Below, piece after piece: positions 9,565-19,244 of a DNA stretch of 37,785 bases. How positions within the stretch are numbered: position 1 is the stretch's first letter; every line of letters starts with the position of its first letter. The stretch is from positions 9,152,466 to 9,190,250 of the forward strand of contig NC_068992.1 of assembly GCF_001194135.2 (NCBI RefSeq), in the 5' to 3' direction. A program made the translations under genes and the position numbers. The notes under the pieces were generated by a model. The model was not told the origin of the DNA. It saw only the letters and a list, made by a program, of their open reading frames with translations, and did not search any database. The DNA is from Octopus bimaculoides (Eukaryota).

Positions 9565-9830
9565 AAAAGATTATGAGTTCGATTCCTGGTAGTGCATTGT
9601 GTCATTGAACAAGACACTGTTTTTCATTGCTCCAGTTCACTCAGCTGGCAAAAAAATGAGTTGTACCCGTAATTGAGAGGGTGAGCATAGTCACATTGAC
9701 TCTCCTAAAGAACTGTGTTAAGGGTGCATGTGTCTGTGGAGTGCTCAGCCACTTGCATGTTAATTTCATGAACAGGTTGTTCCATTCATTGGATCAACTG
9801 GAACACTTGTTGTAACCAACGGAGAGCCAG
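9565..9830 (+). mobile_element. Degraded tRNA-derived SINE
   Basis: B-box gagttcgattcc, then tgtgtcattgaacaagacact; 3' end homologous to 2977-3042. Confidence 0.6.
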
Positions 9831-10216
9831 GCCAGGCCAGGATTCTTGTCTCTCTATGGAATACAGGCTTTATCCAGATTTTCAGACTCCACTAAATAAT
9901 GTTTGTTGTTGCAGATGACCACTGCTTCCTTAGACTTTAGTTTCTATAGAATACATTTATGAATGCTTTTGAACAGTGTTCAGCAAGTGTTAATCTCTGG
10001 ACAGGATGAGATCACAATAATCCCAAGATGAAGCAATTTCACTTCACTAATCCGGTTAAAGCTCTTGTGAAAGCCATGAATGTTGCAGTATTCCATTATC
10101 TTAGCAAATTTGTCCTTTGAACCGAGTGAAAAGAAGAAGAAAATTTATATCTAGGAATGTTCTGATGACTGTTACTTTGTTGACTCTGAATAGTTATTCA
10201 ATTTTCTGAATTTCAG

Positions 10217-10507
10217 CGTCTTGATGCCATCACCGCCTGCAATATATTAAACATCTATCTTTGGAACTCGTCCTGTGATATGAAGCAGCAGCCGAAATCT
10301 TTTTTACAACAATTGGCAAAAAGTGATGAACCAAAGAGTTCTCCAGTTATCACCTTAAAGGAAAACTTTGTGAAACATCTCAACATCAAACTCTTATTTG
10401 ATGCGATATCTTTTGCTTATCCCAACTTCATGTATCCTGTAGATCTGAGGGAAGTTGCACAACAGTTTCCAAATTATAACAGAGAAACACTTATTGTGTC
10501 AGATTAA
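10217..10507 (+). CDS. PINK1: PINK1 last coding exon (alphaI and C-terminal extension)
   Basis: Acceptor aatttcag|. RLDAITACNILNIYLW resembles RPSARVAANVLHLSLW; TAA ends at 10507. The ten exons sum to 1710 nt (569 aa plus stop). Confidence 0.9.
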   Translation, partial: RLDAITACNILNIYLWNSSCDMKQQPKSFLQQLAKSDEPKSSPVITLKENFVKHLNIKLLFDAISFAYPNFMYPVDLREVAQQFPNYNRETLIVSD

Positions 10508-10543
10508 TTTGGGATCAGCTTGTGTGTGACAATTGTACAAAGA

Positions 10544-10549
10544 ATTAAA
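10544..10549 (+). other. Candidate PINK1 polyadenylation signal ATTAAA
   Basis: ATTAAA 37 nt after the stop codon; no transcript evidence. Confidence 0.25.
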
Positions 10550-12370
10550 TGAATATAGAAAAGAAAGCAAACAACAACAAAAAAAAAGAGTATTTTGATG
10601 AGTTAAATTTTCTTCATAATGTATGAAAATTTAATTAGAAAATTCCAGTGGATATAAAATGAACAGGTTACCTTTGTTTTTTTTGTTTTTTTAAAATATT
10701 TTTGGTGTTTATATGAAGCATAATGAACAAGAAAATAGGGTACCAAGGAATCAAACAACTACTTCATGAATTTATATATCTATTCTAAATGTTTCATTGT
10801 GTCCATGAGAAAGATCTCTAATTCTTCATACTTTTAGTTGATTTTCAGTTTGAAAATAAGTGCCAGATTTTTCGAGTAAAGTTGCCGGTGAGAGATGAGC
10901 ATCTTATCAAGAAAGGAAGCTTTGTCTCTTTGCTTCTGTTTAATGCTACATAAAACTTTTTTTTTAATGTTAAAAGCCAGAATGATGACTCAATATTCTC
11001 CCAGGTGCTGTTCATATTCTTCCTCCTTTGGCAATTCATCTGATGTCAAAAGGTCAAGTCAGTGGCTTGACCTTTTAGAGTTAACAATCAATAAGGTAGT
11101 CAATACTTGATCTATAGATGAGACCAGTGATCCCAGTTCCTTTCTCCCTGCATCCACACAAATTGAATTCAGTTCTGCATAAACAAAAAGTCTTCATGAT
11201 TTTCCAATGCCGTTACTGCTTCCAACAGTGGATTATTTGTCTTTTTCGTACGGCCTTACAATGAGGTCAACTAAAGATGATTGAGAATTATCTTATTCGT
11301 GGACACAGTGCAGCACCAATAGCAATATATAATATCTTGATACTGTAGTTCTTTTTCTGTTATCTTATTGTCTTGGCCATGGTGTGTAGATGTATATATA
11401 TAATTTGCATGCTATTCAAAACATTAATCAAAAATTATTATGAATAAAAAAATAAAACATTTTAAAATTTTATACATAGATATATATATATATATAAACA
11501 ATATATGAGTATATGCATATATATGTACATGTATGTACATACCTTCATCTACATGTACATATAGATACATATCTGGGTACATGACGTTGCAAAAGAACAT
11601 GGACAAAATGATAAACAAGGTACAACAAACAAGCAGGCCACATAGAGAACATAATACAGTATGTAAAATGAAGCTTATGAACGAGATCTGGTCCTCCAAC
11701 TCATCTTGTTGAATCCATGCTAGCAGCATGGGAAGTGGATGGGAAAAATTGCTGATTATTCACCAAGAACCTTGTCGCTTGTCTGTCATTAGATATAGTC
11801 CAGTCTGCAACAGGTATGGCCACCAGCATTGAGAGTGACTAAAATATTAAAGTTACACTTATAACACCACCAGGTATTTAAATAAATGGTTACAGGCAGG
11901 TTACTCTTAATGAAATTATAAATTTATTTGCTTATGATTATCTAATAAAAAGTTTAATTCTCAATAAATATTTTTAAAACCTTGATGTAACAGAAAACTC
12001 ATCTAGGTTTGCTGTTTAATTCTGTTGTGATAAAATTACCTCTGTTAAATATAGGACCTGTATCCAATCCTTGTCAAATAAATGATGCATATCAAATAAA
12101 TACATATCAAAAAAATAATAAAAAAAGAAATAAAAATCATTGATTATTTTTTATGAAATTTTTACTCTTGAAATATTAATGCTTAAGAAACTCATTGCAT
12201 TGAACATGAGAATTGAGTGAGAATTGTGTTTGGTGATGACATCCCAACTAGATTAATCGTTAACTAGATTAATCGTTCATATAAGAAACATAAGGCAGCA
12301 AGCTGTCAGAATCATTAGTATGCTAGGCGAAATGCTTAGCTGCATTCTGTGTGCCCTTACGTTCATCATG

Positions 12371-12708
12371 TGGAGGCGCAATGGCCTAGTGGTTAGGGCA
12401 GTGGACTTGCGGTCATAGGATCGCAGTTTCGATTCCTAGACCGGGCGTTGTGAGTATTTATTGAGCGAAAACACCTAAAAGCTCCATGAGGCTCCGGCAG
12501 AGGATAATGGCGAACCACAACTTTCTCTCACTCTGTCTTCCTGTTTCTGTTGTGCCTGTAATTCAAAGGGCATCCCCATAACAGCAGGTAGGCAGAAGAG
12601 ATAAGTAATCCGGCTTAAAAGAAAATAAGTAGTTGGGGCAATTTTTTTTGACAATCCTTCGAAGTGGTGCTCCATCATGGCCACAGTCTAATGACTGAAA
12701 CAGATGAA
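12371..12708 (+). mobile_element. Full-length tRNA-derived SINE (family D)
   Basis: A box TGGCCTAGTGG 12382-12392, B box GTTTCGATTCC 12426-12436; 3' tail gtggtgctccatcatggccacagtctaatgactgaaac shared with 20620-20660 and 31860-31895. Confidence 0.8.
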
Positions 12709-12979
12709 ATATACTGAGAGATTCCAAAGTCTGGTTTAATAAGTAGAGGAAAATACTGAGCTACAGAATACAATCTGCAAATAGTTTTAGATGATGTTTA
12801 TTATGAGGGGGAGAGATTCACGACAAAGGACCACTAAACCTTTGAGACCAGCAGCTGTGAGCCAGAAAACAGATCTGTAAAGTGAATAAGGTTTTAATAG
12901 CTAGGCCGGTGCTCTCATGATGGTGGAATGGCAGCAGAGCCATAAAATCCCATTTCAGGGGACAGGACTGGAAGGAATA

Positions 12980-13013
<34 letters not shown>

Positions 13014-13524
13014 TAGGTAAGGTGCAAGGAATGATATCAGGTTGTTAGATGTGAAGCATATCTAGAAAGAAGAAAAGCTGAAGATGAGAGGCTTGTGGGG
13101 GTTCCGGTTTTAGGGCTGCCAGCCCACCGTGCATGCAATTGTGTGCTACCATTTGTTGGTGTGCTACAGAAGTTCAATTCTTGAGAATTACATTTGAAGA
13201 AAAACTTATACACGTCGATATCCATACTTAGATATCAGAAATGCAACAAGAATTTAAAATATACAGATTAAATGAAGGAGGGTCATGGAAAAATGACACA
13301 TGAGAGGAAATTATTGAAACGACTAAATCTAAAAGCTCAACAAAATATTCTTTATAACTCTTCACAATCAGCTGGAATGGTTCTCTTCCCGATATATTGA
13401 CGTTCGATAACACTGATTCTTTTTAGCATCAAGGATAGAATCTCACACATTTTGGCGGGAAAATGGGAATAATCGATTCCAACACTTGATTGGTTTTTTA
13501 AAAAAATAACAAAGGTAAATTTCT

Positions 13525-14283
13525 NNNNNNNNNNNNNNNNNNNNNNNNNNNNNNNNNNNNNNNNNNNNNNNNNNNNNNNNNNNNNNNNNNNNNNNNNNNN
13601 NNNNNNNNNNNNNNNNNNNNNNNNNNNNNNNNNNNNNNNNNNNNNNNNNNNNNNNNNNNNNNNNNNNNNNNNNNNNNNNNNNNNNNNNNNNNNNNNNNNN
13701 NNNNNNNNNNNNNNNNNNNNNNNNNNNNNNNNNNNNNNNNNNNNNNNNNNNNNNNNNNNNNNNNNNNNNNNNNNNNNNNNNNNNNNNNNNNNNNNNNNNN
13801 NNNNNNNNNNNNNNNNNNNNNNNNNNNNNNNNNNNNNNNNNNNNNNNNNNNNNNNNNNNNNNNNNNNNNNNNNNNNNNNNNNNNNNNNNNNNNNNNNNNN
13901 NNNNNNNNNNNNNNNNNNNNNNNNNNNNNNNNNNNNNNNNNNNNNNNNNNNNNNNNNNNNNNNNNNNNNNNNNNNNNNNNNNNNNNNNNNNNNNNNNNNN
14001 NNNNNNNNNNNNNNNNNNNNNNNNNNNNNNNNNNNNNNNNNNNNNNNNNNNNNNNNNNNNNNNNNNNNNNNNNNNNNNNNNNNNNNNNNNNNNNNNNNNN
14101 NNNNNNNNNNNNNNNNNNNNNNNNNNNNNNNNNNNNNNNNNNNNNNNNNNNNNNNNNNNNNNNNNNNNNNNNNNNNNNNNNNNNNNNNNNNNNNNNNNNN
14201 NNNNNNNNNNNNNNNNNNNNNNNNNNNNNNNNNNNNNNNNNNNNNNNNNNNNNNNNNNNNNNNNNNNNNNNNNNNNNNNNNNN
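13525..14283. other. Assembly gap
   Basis: N run. Confidence 1.
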
Positions 14284-14320
14284 TCATGAATGAGATTATA
14301 CTAGAAAAAAGGGATAATAT

Positions 14321-14548
14321 TTATTTCATTATAGCCCACAGGGGGCTAATCATAGAGGGGACAAACAAGGACAGACAAAGGGATTAAGTTGATCACATCG
14401 ACCTCAGTGCGTAACTGGTACTTAATTAATTGACCCGAAAGGATGAAAGGCAAAGTCGACCTCAGCGGAATTTGAACCCAGAACCGCCAGACAAAATATG
14501 CCAAGCATTTCGCCCGGCGCGCTCACAATTCTGCCAGCTCACCGCCCT
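14321..14548 (-). mobile_element. Near full-length family C SINE
   Basis: tRNA-like head at 14548, B-box ggttcaaattcc, core gtcgactttgcctttcatcctttcgggtcaat; related copies at 8045, 22545 and 35765. Confidence 0.8.
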
Positions 14549-14633
14549 AAAAACGAATAACATTATTAGCGATTGTGACATCCACCTTTATTAGGAGAGT
14601 GGTGTTTGAGCGAGTCGTTGAAATATTGTCGAG

Positions 14634-14658
14634 ATGGCATCTTCTGTCTCCCCGATCG
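14634..14658 (+). CDS. XPA: XPA probable first coding exon (MASSVSPI)
   Basis: Kozak gagATGG, donor G|GTATGT, ends phase 1 as exon 17036 requires; CpG-containing context. Gives 285 aa in total. Confidence 0.6.
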
Positions 14659-15215
14659 GTATGTAAACAACATTAACAATGTTTTATAGTCTCTCGTCTA
14701 CTTCGTTCAGTTTAGTGGCATTCCTTCGGTATTGATCTAGAGAGTGCTGGTGTGAGGAGAGAACGTCTTTCACTTTCTTTTTCAGTCCCTTAATCTAAGT
14801 CACGATGGAAGGCTGTATGAATGAATACAATCGAAGGATTGCCGTACTCTAAGTCTGATAGTGAATAAAATAAATATTTATCCATAATCGTTTGTCCGGC
14901 AAAATGTATATTCTGTTTTGCCGTTGGCTTACCAGGAACTTGCCTACCTCAACAACTCCGAATAACATACACACACACACTATATATATATGTAATCATT
15001 TTAACATTGTGTATAATATTATATTAATTACTGTTTGAATCCACCACGGCTTTTTACAGAAGCTAAAAATAGTGTTGTGATCCTTGTCTGTATTTATTTA
15101 TTTATATGATTTGACATTTATGTAATAAAATTCTAATTTTGTTGTTATAAAATTTCTGGTGTTCTTTAAGCGAAGGGAAACAACTTAGAATTGCTTGAAA
15201 AATAATATAAACATC

Positions 15216-15231
15216 ATGGGAGATGTGAGGG
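15216..15231 (+). CDS. XPA: XPA alternative candidate first coding exon (MGDVR)
   Basis: atcATGG, donor G|GTCAGT, phase 1 compatible; overlaps the boundary of a CRE-like fragment. Confidence 0.25.
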
Positions 15232-15492
15232 GTCAGTACTTCCGTGGCCAAACGGAACAAAATCCTTAAATGTCGGGATTTGTCAGTGAACCATTTCTTC
15301 CAACATGTGTCTTTTGAGACGTTTGGCGGAATTGGGCCTCTGACAGCGAAGTTCTTGTCATCGTTGGCGGCTCGTCTAAGCGAGGTGCCAAATGATGCCC
15401 GTGAGGGTGCTTGGCTATTCTAATGCCTTAGTCTCGCCATTGCCTGTGATAATGCCGCGAGCGTGTTGGCTTGCTTCAGTAGGTTCCATTGA
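15229..15492 (+). mobile_element. Decayed CRE-like non-LTR retrotransposon, C-terminal REL endonuclease fragment
   Basis: Single frame ...VSFETFGGIGPLTAKFLSSLAARLSEVPNDAREGAWLF*CLSLAIACDNAASVL resembles the CRE-clade C-terminus (P.A.ET.G..G...FL..L..RL......RE...LFQRLS.AI...NAASVL); one in-frame stop at 15421. Confidence 0.75.
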
Positions 15493-15545
15493 ACCTTGTG
15501 GTAAGCCACCGATTGATGCACTGAGCGTTGAATTGATGTTTTTCC

Positions 15546-15757
15546 AGTAATTTTTCAGATGAACACCCGCATGATCTTCATTAGGGTGTTAGGGTTAGGG
15601 TTTTAGGGTCAGGGCTAGGGTTACGGTTACGTTTAGGGTTTTAGAGTTAGGGTTAGGGTTTTAGTGTTTGGGTTAGGGAATTCCGTCCCTAACCGTAACC
15701 GTAGCCCTAAACACTAACCCTAACACCCTAGTGCGGGTGTTAATCTGAAAAATTACC
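15546..15757. mobile_element. Foldback MITE filled with telomeric repeats, Merlin-like ends
   Basis: 27-nt inverted repeats 15545-15571 and 15732-15758 (25/27); GTTTTTCC direct repeat at 15538-15545 and 15758-15765; TTAGGG arm then CCCTAA arm. Confidence 0.75.
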
Positions 15758-16075
15758 GTTTTTCCTTTCTCGGTGTTGGATTTGTATTTTTATGTGGTTT
15801 TGTATTGCCTGTGGCGGAAGTAAAACGCGTGCATCCCTCCCAACCATTTACGTTCGCTGATATATCATATATATACATGTTAAATATGTAAACAATCACC
15901 GGTGGGGGTGGGGGTGGGTTTCCATCAGTCATTCAATGAACAGAATTACTTGCACCTGAATTAAGGTGAGTATCTCACAGACATGTGTTCCATTAACGTA
16001 ATTCTCGGGCAGAATAAACGTGAGATAATGTGCGACAAGGCTTTTTGAATTACAGGTACAAGGTACTACTAAAGC

Positions 16076-16234
16076 AGCGCGGACCCAAACGCGCAGTCGC
16101 GCGTCCGCGCTAGCTAGTCGTGAGTGGTCGATCCTAACCCTAACCCTATTCCTAATCCTAACCCTAACCCTAAACACGTATTCATTTGCACACGCGGGTT
16201 AGGGATAGGGTTAGGGTTAGGGTTAGGGAGATAG
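16076..16234. repeat. GC-rich hairpin followed by (CCCTAA)n / (TTAGGG)n inverted array, running into a gap
   Basis: AGCGCGGAC 16076-16084 pairs with GTCCGCGCT 16103-16111; CCCTAA units about 16133-16173, TTAGGG units about 16197-16228. Confidence 0.75.
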
Positions 16235-16787
16235 NNNNNNNNNNNNNNNNNNNNNNNNNNNNNNNNNNNNNNNNNNNNNNNNNNNNNNNNNNNNNNNNNN
16301 NNNNNNNNNNNNNNNNNNNNNNNNNNNNNNNNNNNNNNNNNNNNNNNNNNNNNNNNNNNNNNNNNNNNNNNNNNNNNNNNNNNNNNNNNNNNNNNNNNNN
16401 NNNNNNNNNNNNNNNNNNNNNNNNNNNNNNNNNNNNNNNNNNNNNNNNNNNNNNNNNNNNNNNNNNNNNNNNNNNNNNNNNNNNNNNNNNNNNNNNNNNN
16501 NNNNNNNNNNNNNNNNNNNNNNNNNNNNNNNNNNNNNNNNNNNNNNNNNNNNNNNNNNNNNNNNNNNNNNNNNNNNNNNNNNNNNNNNNNNNNNNNNNNN
16601 NNNNNNNNNNNNNNNNNNNNNNNNNNNNNNNNNNNNNNNNNNNNNNNNNNNNNNNNNNNNNNNNNNNNNNNNNNNNNNNNNNNNNNNNNNNNNNNNNNNN
16701 NNNNNNNNNNNNNNNNNNNNNNNNNNNNNNNNNNNNNNNNNNNNNNNNNNNNNNNNNNNNNNNNNNNNNNNNNNNNNNNNNNNNNNN
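16235..16787. other. Assembly gap
   Basis: N run. Confidence 1.
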
Positions 16788-16912
16788 CAAACATGGGAAA
16801 AAAAATAGTGTAATAGGTGTAAAACAACATGTAGTAAACGAATATGAAAAAAAAAATGTGTGCGAGTGCACGGTGGGGGGGGGCGGTTGAGAGAAGACTC
16901 GGAAAATTCACT

Positions 16913-16975
16913 TGCTCAAGGTGCCATGCAGTGGGACTGAACCCGGAACCGTGTGGTTGGGAAGAATATCCATTT
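16913..16975 (-). mobile_element. Family B SINE fragment
   Basis: Minus strand reads ttcccaaccacacggttccgggttcagtcccactgcatggcaccttgagcaag, matching 36896-37010. Confidence 0.7.
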
Positions 16976-17035
16976 TCTTTAGGGAAAAAAAAAAAATCAA
17001 ATTTTATTTTCTATTTTTATTTCATGTCATTTTAG

Positions 17036-17207
17036 CCTCTGAAGAAGCCGAAGAAGATTTCCCAGATGACAACATTCCAGATGAAGTTCTTGTGGAGCAT
17101 TCTGAAAAGCCATTATCTGCTGCTATGAGAGCTAGGATTGAACGCAACCGACAGAGAGCACTGATGCTTAGACAAGCACGACTGAACAGTAAACCCTACT
17201 CAAAACC
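17036..17207 (+). CDS. XPA: XPA exon 2 (N-terminal basic region)
   Basis: Acceptor cattttag|, donor CC|GTTAGT. LSAAMRARIERNRQRALMLRQARL matches the XPA N-terminus; phase 1 to 2. Confidence 0.93.
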
Positions 17208-17216
17208 GTTAGTAAT

Positions 17217-17245
17217 AATTATCATTATTATCATTATTATTATTA

Positions 17246-17288
<43 letters not shown>

Positions 17289-17295
17289 CATTATT
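17217..17295. repeat. (ATT)n microsatellite
   Basis: Direct reading. Confidence 0.95.
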
Positions 17296-17742
17296 GAGTG
17301 AGAGAGCAGTGCATGCCATCAAAGTGACACTGGGGTAAAATATACGAAGCCCAATATACCCATCATGACTACCCGTCTGATAAGGGTACACCAGGCACAT
17401 GCATCACAACCATATGTGTGCAACATGGTGATCTCATATCAAGATAAACAGCGCATGACCTCGCAGGTGGGGCCCAGTTAGAATGGTCCTTGAATAAGGG
17501 TTGTTTAAGGACGTTGAATGAAACATCCATATTTCCAGAGGTGAATTATTCAAACCCTAAAGAATTCCTCTCAACACATGGCTATGATGCTCCCCCACTA
17601 CTTCTGTTCGTGATCAGAGATGCACATATCGTCAGCCACCAAGGGACATGCTCAACTGGTTAAGGTCAAACAACTGACAAGCAAATCTGCGGTATTGAGC
17701 AGAATATTTGCTGTAGCTCATCTTTTATACCAAGGCAAAACA
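17296..17742 (-). mobile_element. About 447-bp non-coding interspersed element between two (TAA)n arrays
   Basis: Complex sequence bounded sharply by ATT arrays on both sides; no ORF or Pol III boxes seen. Orientation is inferred from the assumed TAA tail. Confidence 0.55.

Positions 17743-17797
<55 letters not shown>
17743..17797. repeat. (ATT)n microsatellite, tail of the adjacent non-LTR fragment
   Basis: Direct reading. Confidence 0.95.
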
Positions 17798-17802
<5 letters not shown>

Positions 17803-18400
17803 GGTTTTGTTGTAACTCCTGGAGTCTTTCATGTGTAGTGGGTTTACCACCTGCAGCCAATGGTAACCATATTATCTGATACTTTCCTTATTATTCTGAC
17901 TGTGCCAAGGAGGCAAACTTTTTGTAACAACCCTACTGGGCACTCTATTCTGATTTTCTTTATATTCCTCTTGGTGCCTCTTGATACTGTCCCCAAGGAC
18001 CCACCAATAATTGGGACTGTCTTCACCTTCTTCATTTTCTGGGCTATTTTGTACTTAAAAGGATTGTACATGTCTATATTTTTGCCTTCCTTCTTGACTA
18101 TTTGTTGGTCAAAGGGGCATGCAACATCAACTATATAGCATGTGATGCACCTTGCTGCATTACCCCTTGGCCTGATATAGCACCTGATCTGTTTGGATTT
18201 GGTAGTCTCACAGGATTTTGCAGGTCTCCAACTCCACCCCTCTGCAGTTTGTGCTCATGCCACATCTTGCCTCTCTCTAGACCCCATCCCCTTTCCACAC
18301 AGTTTTCAATAAAGTACTTTCGCTACCTCATCATGTCACCACAACTTACAGTTGGTTTTGGCCAAGTGTAGGGCATTCATTCATGATATGAGCCGTAGTT
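17798..18400 (-). mobile_element. Decayed 5'-truncated R4/Dong-like non-LTR retrotransposon (REL domain)
   Basis: Frameshifted translation HIMNECPTLGQ / HDEVAKVLY* / KIL*DYQIQTD / YIVDVACPFD...VPIIGGSLGTV...LLQKVCLLGTVRIIRKV, then a short 3' UTR and (TAA)n. Confidence 0.8.
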
Positions 18401-18445
18401 TCGTCAACTCTCTTATAGATTTGTACCATTTTTACCATATTACAG

Positions 18446-18561
18446 CAATGGCCAGAGTATAATGAAGGTTTGCCGCAGTGAAATCGATACAGGAGCAGGA
18501 TTTTTCTTAGATGAAGACCAAGAAAAAGATCTGAAGAACCAAAAAGTAATTTATGAAGAAG
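18446..18561 (+). CDS. XPA: XPA exon 3 (ERCC1-binding motif)
   Basis: Acceptor catattacag|, donor G|GTAAAG. IDTGAGFFLDE versus human IDTGGGFILE; phase 2 to 1. Confidence 0.93.
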
Positions 18562-18629
18562 GTAAAGACCAAACCGTAGTGGAATGGTTTTACTGTGTGT
18601 TTATCTATTTGTTTTCCAATTCTCTACTC

Positions 18630-18870
18630 ATACATGTGTCACACTGTCCTCTTCCAACCCTTCTCCCCACGTGTGTCACTCTGTTCTCTTCCTGTCCCCT
18701 TCATACATGTGTCAACCTGTCATCTTTCTGTCTCTTATGTTACCCTCTTCTCTTCCTATCTCCTTTCCCACATGTGTCACCCTGTCCACTTCCTGTCTCC
18801 TTCTTGCACGTGTCAGTCTACATGTGCATCCCTGTCCTCTTTTATCTCCTTCCCACATGTGTCATTCCAA
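18630..18870. repeat. Pyrimidine-rich degenerate minisatellite, about 35-nt unit
   Basis: Recurrent cacatgtgtcaccctgtcctcttcc-like units, about 7-8 copies. Confidence 0.7.
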
Positions 18871-19244
18871 TCCCCACACTAAACCGAGACAAGGGGCTCA
18901 AATCTTTCCAATAAAGGGAGACCACTCTTCTCTCAGCTATAAACCCAGACGACCACTTCTCAGTCATTTCTCGTTGTTTTGCTTTTATTAAGGATCACCT
19001 TTACTTTTCTCAACTACTTCCGTACAGTTTCTGTCAATGAAGTTTCACAATAACAATGTTTTGGATTATTGTAACTGATTTGGTAAACTTGATGGATTTC
19101 ATTCTGTTATACATTCTGTTATACATTCTGTTATACATTACATCACATGCAACTGAGCACTGCATATCAGAGAGTGATATTAATATAGTATAACATATCA
19201 CATCGTATTGCATAGCTGACCGATTGATTTGCTGCAGGATAACT

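Noticed and set aside
9915-9962. Alternative PINK1 terminal exon after gttgcag|
   Set aside because: Gives 15 unconserved residues and a stop, losing the alphaI helix found at 10217.
12371-12445. Possible tRNA gene
   Set aside because: A and B boxes are present but no complete cloverleaf, and it continues into a SINE body and a tail shared with other repeats.
12981-13011. A31 tract as a retrocopy tail
   Set aside because: No target duplication or recognisable ORF upstream.
15583-16234. True telomere or chromosome fusion site
   Set aside because: Arrays are short, degenerate, intronic and, for the first, bounded by inverted repeats and a target duplication.
18462-18991. ORFs of 95-150 aa after XPA exon 3
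   Set aside because: Read-through into a pyrimidine-rich minisatellite that lacks stops by composition.
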